From the NCBI RefSeq assembly GCF_004010195.1, contig NC_057719.1:16479929-16543928 (forward strand): a DNA stretch of 64,000 nt, in the 5' to 3' direction. Positions 52,503-64,000 of the stretch are shown here, one piece after another. The notes under the pieces were generated by a model. The model was not told the origin of the DNA. It ran no database searches and saw only the letters and a list, made by a program, of their open reading frames with translations. The stretch is from Chiloscyllium plagiosum (taxonomy: Eukaryota). The first letter of the stretch is position 1, and each line of letters begins with the position of its first letter. The translations under genes were made by a program, and so were the position numbers.

Positions 52503-52923
52503 AATTATTAATTTTAATTGAATTTCCACCAACTGTCATCAAAGTCCCTAAGGCATTAGTCTGGGCCTCTGGATCACTGTCACCGTTACAACGACATCTT
52601 CCAAGTATCTGGACTTAATGCGCCAAAATTTATAAGTAAGAGACAAGTAAAAGGGAAAGGAATAAATTGAGTAAAGTCTCACTGTCTGTCTTGGGTTTAA
52701 GCAGGAGAAAGCAGTCATAATTTAAATTCAACCCCATTCCTCCTTTGTTTGTAACATCTCATTTTAAAAATCCCCCAAAATAATGAGAAAAAAAAAATTT
52801 TGGTGCATTAAGTCCAAATACTTGGAGGATGATGTTGTGGCAGTGATGGTGATCCAGAGGCCCAGACTAATGCCTTAGGGACTTTGATGGCAGCTGGTGG
52901 AAATTAAATTAAAACTAATAATT
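52503..52923. repeat. ~130-bp inverted repeat (52503-52631 / 52795-52923) with ~165-bp spacer
   Basis: For example CATCAAAGTCCCTAAGGCATTAGTCTGGGCCTCTGGATCAC versus GTGATCCAGAGGCCCAGACTAATGCCTTAGGGACTTTGATG. The right arm continues into a Deu-type SINE to ~53185. Confidence 0.88.
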
Positions 52924-55900
52924 TTTAAATTTCAAACTACTTTCCATGATGGTGGGCATAAACTGACTGTACTGATTGTTGTAAAATCTGATCTCGTAAA
53001 CCAATGCACTTTTCAGAGAAGGAAATCTGCAGACCTCACTCAGTTTGTCTACACTTGGCTTTGCCCTGGGGTAATGTAATTGATTCTTGAGTAACCTCTG
53101 AAACAGCCTCACATTTACCCAGTTCAAGGGCATTATGGGATGTGCAACAAATGCCGACGAGTCCCATATCTCATGTAGGAATAAACTTTTTTTAAAAATC
53201 TATCTCGATGCAATGATATGCAGTGTGATCACAGCAGCACAGGAATGTTGGATTTAGGCTATTTGCTTTCACGTGGATTTATAACTCTGAATGATTTTAA
53301 TGGGTAATATCCATTCAGTCATTCAGTTACTCACTCAGTCATTCAGCTTGATGACATCCCCCTCTTGTAATGCATGTTGGTATTTTATTTCTTTCTCAGT
53401 ATGTAGCCCAAATATGCTAGTGTGGTTATAATTTTCTTTGCTGTGGTGAGGAAGAATGTTTGGTGTTGGACCACCATGTTGTAATTGTTACAATTGCTAT
53501 GTCTCCCTCCATGCATTTGTTATATTTGGTGCCTTCGTGGTGGACAGGAAACAGTGGAAAAAACCTGGAAACATTTATGTCTTTGCTGAATTTTGGAAGC
53601 GTTGAAGAATTGGTGCTCTGTACTTCACAATACTAAGATGTCAACAAAATGGGCAGCAGTGCAATCATTTGCAATTTCCAAAGAGTTCTAAAGCACTGAA
53701 ACAACTACTGATATTTATCTGGTCCATTTAAATCATAGAAAACTCCCCAATACACTTGCCAGGACTAAAATCAGGACTAATTTGTCAGCAGCTGAAAAAT
53801 GGATAAGTTGGAATGAGTAACCAAAGATTGATTCAAGCAGGGCTTTGAAGAAGGGAATCCAAAGCTTTCTGTCCAGGTGCAGAGGCAAAAATAAGTGCCG
53901 CACACCCACAATTTGGAGCATAGTTCTCAAAGAGCTGTCATACTCCACTAAGTTACAGAGATAGAAATGGGTTAGACCATGGAGCTGGGGTCTGTGTTTT
54001 GGTAGTTTAAACATGAATTTCATAAGTGATGCTGCACACAACTTAGCATTTTGGATGGAATCAATATTTACTCAAGCACCACTGGATTGTTTCAACTGCA
54101 GTAATATTCAAAAATCATGCTGTGCAGCTCAGTGATTCTATGCTGAAATATATCTCGCCTCACTTTCCCCATCCTGTCTCTTATGTCTGATCTTTTTATG
54201 GTAGCTTCTGGTTTGCTGTACATCATGACATCAGGCTTACTGTTTGGAAGGTAATTTGAATTGCTTTCAGTAATAAAAGTAGTTAGTTGATCCATTAAGG
54301 TTAATTGCCGACTGTGACAGCCAACTGTGCCTTGTCTATCATGTTTTGCTTCCCAGAAAATGTTGGAGTTAAAGCAAGGTTTCCTTTTTGAATGTGGAAA
54401 TTTATGGATGAGATGGTGGCCATCGTGAGTATAAGTGTCTTTGTACTGAGAAAGAAAGAGAGTGATTGCTGTTTGTACAGACAGCAGAGTATGGTTGCTA
54501 TATACTTGTCATTGATAACCGAATTGGGCATCTATCAAACTAAATAGCCTGTAGTCAGAGTCTAGCTGCAATAAATGTCAAAACAACTGCTTAAATCTTC
54601 CAAGACCTTAATTAGAAGAATGAGCTATCTGTGCCTGACAGTGAGTGGGTTTTCTTCATTTATCCTTTGTACCTGTGTGGAATGGCTTATCAAGCCCATG
54701 AATACAAGTTCCATTGGAATTGAATGGTTATAGGCATCAAATCCAAGGCTTAAGGAAGGAGTCATGCCATCACAGCAGTTTCTCTCTTTTCTTCTTAGTA
54801 GGAAATAGAAATCCCTGTTTCCTTACCATTTGGAGGGTGACATCGCGCCTTGATCTGTGCTTGAAATGAAGGAATGTTAGATGATTACAACCCACAACTT
54901 GAGGCTTGATATAAATTTGGGGATTCAGCATGACAAAGCCAGATTGACCAGTTATTCTTGCATTGCTGTTGGCCAAATTAGCTGCCATATGTTTGACGTG
55001 GTGACTCAATTACAAAAGTACTTTGTTAGCTGTGAAGTGTTTCCAGCTGTGTTAGGTGGTACTTAAATGTAAATCTTCTTCATATGTTAATCTCCTTGTT
55101 GTAAAATTAGGTACAGGATAGCCGAGTTATTCATACTGTAGGATAGGAATGATGTGGTCCTCCCTCTCGGCACATGGTGGCTAAGTGGTTAGTACTTCTG
55201 CCTCACAGCACCAGGACTCTGTTCAATTCCAGCCTTGGGTGACTGTGTGAAGTTTGATACTCTCCCTGTGTTTATGTGGGTTTGCACTGGATGCTTCAGT
55301 TCCCTCCCACAGTCCAAAGATATGTGGGTTAAGTAGATTGGCTAAATGCAATGGGGATAGGATGGGGCAGTGTGGATTTGATTGGTCAAATGCCCTCTTT
55401 CTGCACTGTAGGGACTCTAATCTAACTCTAAATAGACTTGCTTAAGTCTGTTTTATACTTATTACCATTAGTGAGGTTTTGTTAGTATAGTTCTGAGGCT
55501 AATTGCAAACCTATTGAAACAGATTGCACCTGGAATGTAAGCTGGCTTTTTCATTCAATTCATTTTATCTAAACATGATACTACTGTAAAAAGACAATAA
55601 AAATAAGTACTCTCAAATGACTTGAATGCTCTTTGTGTTACGTTTTCTTTAGAAGAGAATTGTCTGGAGATGCAAGGGGCTACTGTAGATTTGTTGACCA
55701 TCTTCATTCTTGTGTGGTTACACTTTTACACCATTTGCTGCCTTTAGGGAATCTGTGTTGGGCTTTGGTATCAGGTTTATCTGCTAAAAAAAAAACTCTT
55801 TGGATAAGATTCAAAACCCAGAGTAGCAATGTCTGGATTTCAAAGATATCTGTTGATGTCCTTTGACATTACAGTACTCAGGAGAGGTGTGTGTTGAGAT

Positions 55901-55964
55901 ATGAATGTAGTCTGTTGTTCGCAGAACTAATGCTCAATTACAATATGTGGAGAGAAAGTGTAAG

Positions 55965-57685
55965 TATGGGGGAGATACTAAATGAGTATTTTTCATCAAT
56001 GTTTACTGTGGAGAAGGATATGGAAGCTAGAGAACCTGAGGAAATAAATAGCAATATCTTGAAAAATGTTCATATTACAGAGGAGGATATGCTGGACGGC
56101 CTAAAACACATAAAGGTGGATAGATTCCCGGTACCTGGTCAGCTGCACGCTAGCACTCTGTGGAAAACTAAGGAAGTGATTGCTGGGCCCCTTGCTGAGA
56201 TATCTGTGAAATCGATAGCCAGAGGTGAGATGTTGGAAGGATGGAGGTTGGCTAATTTGGTGCCACTATCTTAGAAAGATGGTAAGGAAAGCCAGGAAAC
56301 TATATGTCAGGTGAGCCTGACATTGTTGGTGGGCAAGTTGTTGAAGGGAATCTTGAGGAACAGGAGTTACATGCATTTCAAAAGGCAAGGACTGATTAGG
56401 GATAGTCAACATGGCTCCATGCACAGGAAATCATGTCTCACAAACTTAATTGAGGTTTTTTGAAGAAGTAACGAAGAGGATTGATGAGGGCAGAGACTAC
56501 ATAGACTCCAGTAAGACGTTCGACAGGGTTATGCATGGTAGACGGGTTAGCACAGTTAGATCACATGGAATGCAGGGAAAACTAGCCATTTAGATACAGA
56601 ACAGGCTTGAAGGTAGGAGACAGAATGCCCTGGTGGAGAGTTGCTTTTCAGACTGGAGGCCTGTAACCAGGAGTGTGCCACAAGGTTTGGTGTTTGGTCC
56701 ACTGCTTTTTGTCATTTATATAAATGATTTGGATGTGAACATAGGAGGCATAGTTAGTAAGTTTGCAGATGACACCAAAATTGGAGGTGTAATGGACAGC
56801 GAAGAAGGTTACCTCAAAATACAACGGGACCTTGATCAGATGGGCCAATGGGCCAAGGATGGGCAGATGGAGTTTAATTCATATAAATGGAGGTGCTGTA
56901 TTTTGGAAAGGCAAATCAGGGCATGACTTATTAACTTAGTGGTAAGGTTCTGGGGAGTGTTGTTGAACATAGAGATGTTGGAGTGCAGGTTCATAGTTCA
57001 TTGAAAGTAGAGTCGCAGCCAGATTGGATAGTGAAGAAGGCATTTCGTATGCTTGCCTTTATTGGTCTGTGCATTGAGTATAGGAGTTGGAAAGCCATGT
57101 TTTGCTGTACAGGATGTTGGCTAGCCCGCTTTTGGAATACTGCATTCAATTCTGGTCTCCCTGTTTTAAGAAGGATGTTGTGAAACTTGAAGGGGTTCAG
57201 AAAAGATTGATAAAGATGTTGCCAGGGTTGGAGGGTTTGAGCTATAGGGAGCGGCTGAGTAGGCTGGAGCTATTTTCCCTGGAGAGTCGGAGGCTGAGGG
57301 GTGACCTGATATGAGTTTATAAAATGATGAGGAGCGTAGATAGGGTGAATAGCCAAGGTCTTTTCCCCGGTGTAGCGGAGTCCGAGAGTGGAGGGCAAAG
57401 GTTTAAGGTGAGAGGGGAAAGATTTAAAAGGGATCTACGGGGAAACGTCTTCAGGCAGATGGTGGTGCATTTATGGAATGAACTGCCAGAGGAAATGTGG
57501 CAACTGATACAATTACATCATTTAAAAGACATTTGGATGTGTATATGAATAGGAAGGGTTTAGAGGATTTGGGCCAAATGCTGGAAAATGGGATGAGATT
57601 AATTTAGGATATCTGATCGCCATGGACAAGTTGGACCAAAGGGTCTGGTTCCATGCTATATAGCTCTATGACACTACGACTCTGT
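55965..57685 (+). mobile_element. CR1/HER1-type LINE, 5'-truncated (1.7 kb)
   Basis: EILNEYFSSMFT, WRLANLVPL, SVPQGLVFGPLLFVIYINDL, SKFADDTKIGG, PLLEYCIQFWSP and RRLRGDLI, then the 3'UTR. Confidence 0.92.
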
Positions 57686-60600
57686 AGAGATTTGTGTTTA
57701 ACCATTTGAGGCTTACAGTCTCTGAGAATGACATTTTCCACTTCTTTGTTATTGTTCAGATATTTGTGACGCTTCCAGTTGTGATAATGAAAGAACTTTC
57801 ATTTATGTATCACATTCACAGGAAATATGTAGTCATTGTCGTAATACAGTCAAAAGCTGCAACTAGTTAGTAGCCTGATGCATCATCATGCTCGTGTACA
57901 AGTCTTTGGAATACCAAGAGATTATAATAGACACTTCTACAAATCTTCCTTTGTCATTTGTGGGAGACTCTCATCAAATTCAGTGATACAATAGAAACTC
58001 TGTATAAGGTTAAGAGTTGGGAATTATCATGCCAGCCATCATCTCATTGAATGGTGGAACAGACTTGATGGGCTGAATGCCTATTTTATAAAAGTACTTT
58101 GGTCTTCAGTTTTTGTTGAAGATATTAAGCTAAAGTTGTTTTGGTTCTTTGTTTTGATCCTTGGGAGCTGTGGTTTCTGTCACCCATGCCAATTTTAAAA
58201 AAAATAGACAGTGCAAATATTGACCACACGGATCGAAATTGATGGAAAAGGGGCATACTATGTTAAAATAGCTTGTGGGTGCAATAGGTTGCCATATGCT
58301 TTTTGTACGTCCATTATTTTGTAACGCGGGTTTGAAACCCAACACATCAGACGGTGAAATTTAACCTTAAATAAAAATCTGGCAATTGAAAACCTTTCTA
58401 AATGCAACCATATAAACATTGTTGATTGCTGTAAATGTCCATCTAGATCATTCATGTTCTTTAGGAAAGGAAATCTGTCATCGATGCCTTCTCTGACCTA
58501 TATGTGACTCCAGACCCACAGCAATGTAGTTGACTTTTACCTGTCCTCCTGAAATCACCTAACAAGCCATTCACTTCAAGGGCAGTTAAGGAGGAGCCAC
58601 AACTGTTTGCCCAGCAGTGACTACCACATTCTATGAATAACTTTTTAAAAATCCTGCTTGGGAGTTGATGTGAGACAAAGTTTCCTAAAAATTGATGATC
58701 GAGAGAAGGTGTGTTTGTTTGTATCAGTAAAATTAATAAGGGATTGGGTCCAAAACTACACAGCCTGATGGTAAAACGTTGGCTGCTGCTATTTATTTTA
58801 ATTGGGACCACAGAGCCAGGAATCTGAGCAATGTAACTTTTCTAGAACGTTTTGCACTGTCTGCATGTTCCAGGGCACTGTACGGGCAGTCTGTACTTTG
58901 TGAAACATGGTCGCTATTGTAGTACATTATAGTCAGTTTGTGAAAAACAAGATCACACAATAAGCAAACGTTTCTGCGATGAAGCTGATAAGAAACATGC
59001 CTACTCCCTCATCAGATGACAAGTGTACCTTTTATCTTAGTTCTTCCTTTTAATTGGAGTTGATAGTTTCAAATTAACAGCAAAAACTGAGACTGAGTCA
59101 GTATGTTTTGCCATTGCAACCTTGTAATGCCTTCCAAGCAGATGAAGAGAAGTATTGGGCAGGTTCTTGGAACAGAAATACTACCTTGCATCTGGACATG
59201 CGTCTGGGATCAGGCCTGTTCATTCTCCCCCACCCCAGTTGGCCTGTTTATGCTTGTATATTTATTTAGTGCACTTACAAGATGCTCCAGCCTCTCTGAA
59301 ATTTTGGTGTCTGTGTGGTGCCGTGTAAAAGCCACAGATCTGCAGCGTGAGGTTTATTTGATGCCTTGATATTGTGCCACCACCCAAGAAAGGAATTTTT
59401 CCATGTAGATTCCAGTATGTCTTTGGAACACAAAGGAATCTTGTATGTGGCCACTGTCTGTGTCGCTCAAGACATTCGGTCCAGTGCAGCTCAAAGCCTG
59501 TACAGACGCCAACCTTTTTGGGGCCCAACCATTAACTTACAGTTACCTACCTGATATCAACCTGATCTGTGATATTTTCTCGAACGTGAAGGTAAATAGA
59601 TGGCAGCAATTATGTACTATTATGGAGTCTAAATCAATAATAGATCTCTTGCAAGCCTGCTTCAAATGCATTCTACAGTTTTATAGTTTTGTTTTCTGGG
59701 GTGAAGCATTTGACATAAAGAAGGTTTTTCTGAAAGGATGGTAACTAAAATACAGAAAAGCCATGGGAGCTTTGTGTTACATGATCCCACAGCTTGACGG
59801 AAAATATTTCTGATTTTTGGTTCACTTGAGCAAGAATCGGAAGCTCTTTCATTAACTGCAATTGCAAAATACAAAGTTCATTGCCAAAGTGTGGATCATG
59901 ACAGCTGACCTCAGTGCAGAGGAGGATCAACAGAAAACATGCTAATTTGTCCAGCTTCCCGAGAAGAATTGGGTTCAGAAAAATTCTGGAGTTTCGCAAG
60001 TGTCTTTGCAAAGTCGTGCTTGCAAGCATAAAGTACTGTCATTGTTGTAAACATGTATATGGCTGGTTGGAGCAAACGACTGTGTCCAATCGAAATCTGG
60101 TTGAAGGTGGTGAAATGGCAAATCCTGAAAAGTGGAGCTAATTCAAATGGGGTAACAACACTCTTACCAGGCAAGTCACTGATTCATTCAACTATTGTGA
60201 GAAGTTGATTGCTGATCCTTAGGAAATGAATTGGTTCTTGGCCTGCAACAACAGAACTCAAGAAAATTACTGAGATTGCTGGAAATCTGTATTATAAGCA
60301 GAAACTGCTGGAGATACTCAGCAGATATGACAGCATCTGTGGAGAGAGAATGAGTTAACTTTTTGAATCCAAAATGATTTCTGAGCTGAAAAAAGAGGTG
60401 TCAAAATGATGGGTTTCGTACTGTAGAGAACGTTGGGGAGGAGCTGTGGAGCAGCAGGGAAGTTTAGAGAGTGAGGGAGATTACAAGTGTCACAGCACAA
60501 GGCAAAGGAATTGGGAATGGTTGAAGAGAAGCCTATAAGTAGGTCTCAATGACAGAATATTGGGCAGCTTGCTCAAAGCAAAACCAGACGCTAGGCAGGG

Positions 60601-62176
60601 AGCGGACAGTGCAAAATGGAGGAGAGTTACAATACCATATAGCAGCAGTTCACGGATAGTGAAGACTGACACCATGTAAATCAGCTTAATCACTCCTGTT
60701 AAACCAGAATCTTTGCTTCTGTCACTTTGCTAACCTGCCTCAGTATCAATCACGACCGTGATATATGTCATCCACTCACCCAGGATTTCCAGTACTGTCC
60801 TCCCCTCATTAAAATGAGAGGTTTTGGAGATCACTTCAGTCAATTCTTTTATTATTATAATTGCTGCCAATCTGTGACTGTTGATAAGCCAAGTGAACAG
60901 ATTTATGTAATGATGATGGTGGAAAGCCTTTTTTGTTCAATTGAACACATGGGGCTGAAGCATCTTGGCTGCAGTCGGAGGGAGGTTGATTGAAGCTTCA
61001 AAGTGCATCGACGTAGCAGTTTGTGGCGGCAGATCAATGCATAGATGTGCTACAGCAGGCTTGGCGAAGCATCAACAGAAAGGTCAGAACGCTGCTGCCA
61101 GATTATCAATTAATGGCATCACGAGGAGTGGTGACTGAATGTCTGTTTGTCTCTGTGTGTCTGTGTGTACGCATATAGGGATGTCTGCAAATGCTCATGT
61201 ATTTTCCCTTTATTCCCTTACCAACACTCAAATAATTGGAAAATCATATTTTATGCTTCTTCATAAGAATCAAAATCCTGGAACTCTCTTCCTGATAGGA
61301 GGCCATGGGGTGGCAGGTTGGGTGGAAGGGTCTGACATTTCATAGACTGTAGCAATTCCAGAAGGCAAGAGTTTTCTCCACAACTTCCTCCAGGACAGTT
61401 AGGGACTGGCAATACAGCAATGCTCGCACACCCCGTGACAAACTTTTAATATGATTTTTAAAAAACAAATTATTAATCTTCGGACAGCTCCTGCTAAATG
61501 AGAATGCATGGAGGTGGCAGGTAAGGACAAACTGGTCCAGAGAGTGAGGTCAAATTCCTTGCTAACGCTCACTTTTCTATTTCTGATAGGGAGGACTGAA
61601 AGGCATGTTGTAAGATTAGATTAGATTAGATTACTTACAGTGTGGAAACAGGCCCTTCAGCCCAACAAGTCCACACCTCCCCGCCGAAGCGCAACCCATT
61701 TGTGGTAAACAGATGTCATGCTGGCACTTGTGCTGTGGTCATAGTAACATCTAGTTTTTCATTCTGGCTCATCTACCAAATAATAGAGCTGAATTGCAGA
61801 ATGCAAATTGGAAGCCCATTCCGATAGAAGCAGTATCTCTTTTGGTGAGGTATATTGCAGAATGTCTGAAGCCTATAAACCATACACAAGCAGGGAATTG
61901 AGGAAATGTGAGAGAAAATGAGTAAAACCAGATTATAATTTGAAAAAAATTCCCAGTGCTGATTTCCAGATTCAGGGTAATCTAGCAGAAGATGAGATGA
62001 AGTTTACTCACTCACTTATTCCTCCTGTAGTCTGTACACTCAATTCTCCATCTTTTACTCTCCATTGTTCACTCCCCCAACCCCACCAACACATAACACT
62101 TCCCATTTATAATCTGCAGTTGTGCCATTTCGTTGACATGCGTTGGAAGAACTGAGAGTCTACAGGATATCTCTTT

Positions 62177-62270
62177 TGAGTTGAAACTTTATTGCTGGAA
62201 CAGCACAGTAGGTCAGGCAGCATCCAGGGAACAGGAGATTCGACGTTTCGGGCACAGGCCCTTCTTCAGG
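62177..62270 (-). mobile_element. PLE mini-element with 14-bp TSD
   Basis: CAGGATATCTCTTT at 62163-62176 and 62267-62280; the second copy overlaps the ribozyme core. Confidence 0.82.
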
Positions 62271-62277
62271 ATATCTC
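62235..62277 (-). ncRNA. Minimal hammerhead ribozyme motif (intact; extended stem I possible)
   Basis: Minus strand reads GAGAU-A-UC-CUGAAGA-A-GGGC-CUGU-GCCC-GAA-ACGU-C-GA-AUCUC. Confidence 0.72.
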
Positions 62278-62845
62278 TTTGCTTTGTGAATAACCTGAAG
62301 CCTCCATGCAGATTGTGGCTTGTATTACCTATCCTCTCGCTATAACCTTTTGGGGGTGGGGAACTTGCCACACTGAATGGTGACCTGGCCAGAAACTGAG
62401 ACGTCTGGTCTTCTCTCCAGTTCCCGAAAGGGGTGGAATTGTAACCAGGGCCTAGACCATAAGGTGCTGTCCAACACAGCATCATGATCTGAAAAAGATC
62501 TTGCCCCACTGCCTCATTGTGTGTACCTTCTTCCACTCTTACCTCACTGAGCTTGAGTGAATTGACTTGCTACTTGCATTCGGTGATAAACTGCATACCG
62601 AGAATTTTCATTCCTTAATGGCAAGTTGATTGATCGTCATGTTTCTGAATGCCATTAGTTTGCTAAGGACCCAGACAGTGTGCTGTGATGACATTCGTTG
62701 GAGACCAGATTGTTAATGATGACTGTGTTGGCATTGTGCCCATTTTCTTGAGCAATGCAAAATGTTAAGTGCCTGTGCAAATCACAACTGTTTTGCTGGG
62801 TAAAAGGAACCACAGGCTTTTAAAGCAACGTGGCCATGTTATTTC

Positions 62846-63068
62846 TGTGAAATTTATTTGGTTACATTCTAATCCTGAATTACTCACATTTTTACGGATT
62901 TTGAGTCCCTTTTGAAGTGTGTGTACAACTGATTGGCAGTCTTTTGCCTTTGATTATTTGCGTGAAATCTGTATATTTGCATTTTAATCCTGAATTACTC
63001 ACATTTTTACGGATTTTGAGTCTCTTTTGAAGTGTGCGTACAACTGATTAGCAGCCTTTTACCTTCGA
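62846..63068. repeat. Two-copy tandem duplication, period 115 bp
   Basis: TAATCCTGAATTACTCACATTTTTACGGATTTTGAGTC... at 62870 and 62985. Confidence 0.9.
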
Positions 63069-63299
63069 CTGAAACGTAGAATGGTGAGGGTAGGTATGGA
63101 GAGGATGGTTTCTCTTCTGGGAGAATTGAGAACGAGGGGTCTTTTTTTTAATTAAGGGGGTGCCCGTTTGAAACAGATTAGGCAAAATATTTCCTTGGAG
63201 CTTTAAGAGTCTTTGCAATACTCTTCCAGAAAAGACACTGGAAGCAGTGTCTGTGAATAAGGCAAAAGTGGTTCAATTTATTAAGTAAGGGATTTTGAA

Positions 63300-63715
63300 T
63301 GATTAGAGTCGAAAAGTGTGAGGCTGGAAAAGCAGAGCAGGCCAAGCAGCACCAAGGAGCAGGAGCGTAGATGTTTCGAGCATAAGCTCTCTATCAGGAA
63401 TGTGGAAGGGGAGGGGAGAGCTGAGAGATAAATAGGGGGTGGGGGTGGGTAGGTGGGATGGCAATAGGTGGATACAGGTACGAGGTGATTGTGATAGGTT
63501 GGTGGGGAGGTAGATGGGCAAGTAGGCCAGGTCAAGAGGGCGGTGCCGAGTTGGAGGGTTGGATCTGAGATGAGGTGGTGGGGTGGGAAAATTTGGAAAC
63601 TTGTGAAATGAGCATTGACGTTGTGTGGTTGTAGTGTCCTGAGGCGAAAGACGAGGTGTTCTTCCTCCAGTCGTCGGGTGGCTTGGATTTGGCAGTGTCG
63701 ATATATGACCACCAC
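63300..63715 (-). mobile_element. Penelope-like element 3' end: GIY-YIG ORF C-terminus, 3'UTR and hammerhead-bearing terminus
   Basis: HCQIQATRRLEEEHLVFRLRTLQPHNVNAHFTSF resembles the PLE endonuclease end (R..E...IFxLGTLxPxGxN). A pyrimidine-rich UTR follows, then CUGAUAGA-GAGC-UUAU-GCUC-GAAACAUC at ~63370-63397 and the same tail as the mini-elements. Confidence 0.8.
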
Positions 63716-64000
63716 ACCGGTGTCCTTCAAAGCAAATGAAATGTGTCCTGGCAATGGTATCCCACCAGAAAAAAAACTTTTAAGTGATTATTTGTCTATT
63801 GGTCGTGTGTGTGTGAGATCTTGTTTTAAGTACAATAACTGACAGGGCTGTTGACATATCACTGTGCATGCAAATAACTCCAGAGCTTTGAAATGTTTCC
63901 AAGGGATGTGAGCGATTGATAACTTTCTGTTTTAAATTAGACCGAGAAACTCGCTGTGCGGATTCACAACAAGCAGTCCATGTTGAAAAATCACAACTCT

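Overview
Vertebrate genomic DNA, very probably from a shark (inferred from HE1-type V-SINEs, HER1/CR1-like LINEs and Deu-type SINEs). The only host coding sequence I can support is coding exon 1 of CCDC85C (11803-12517, + strand, GT donor at 12518), with a CpG-rich promoter/5'UTR upstream. The remaining ~51 kb appears to be its first intron; I could not find exon 2. The rest is repeat-rich: CR1/L2/Rex-like LINE fragments, tRNA-derived SINEs, two decayed Gypsy LTR elements (one Mag-like, one with Gmr1-like domain order), a Harbinger transposase relic and a 46-bp variant-repeat minisatellite. The most striking signal is more than a dozen short (100-450 bp) insertions derived from Penelope-like elements (PLEs). 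Many are palindromic and several have 12-15 bp target-site duplications (TSDs). They carry minimal type-I hammerhead ribozyme (HHR) motifs (CUGANGA-N-stemII-GAAA-palindromic ACGU/AGCU-H) with covarying stem II across at least four families. All calls were made by eye without alignments or database searches, and repeat boundaries are approximate unless a TSD defines them.
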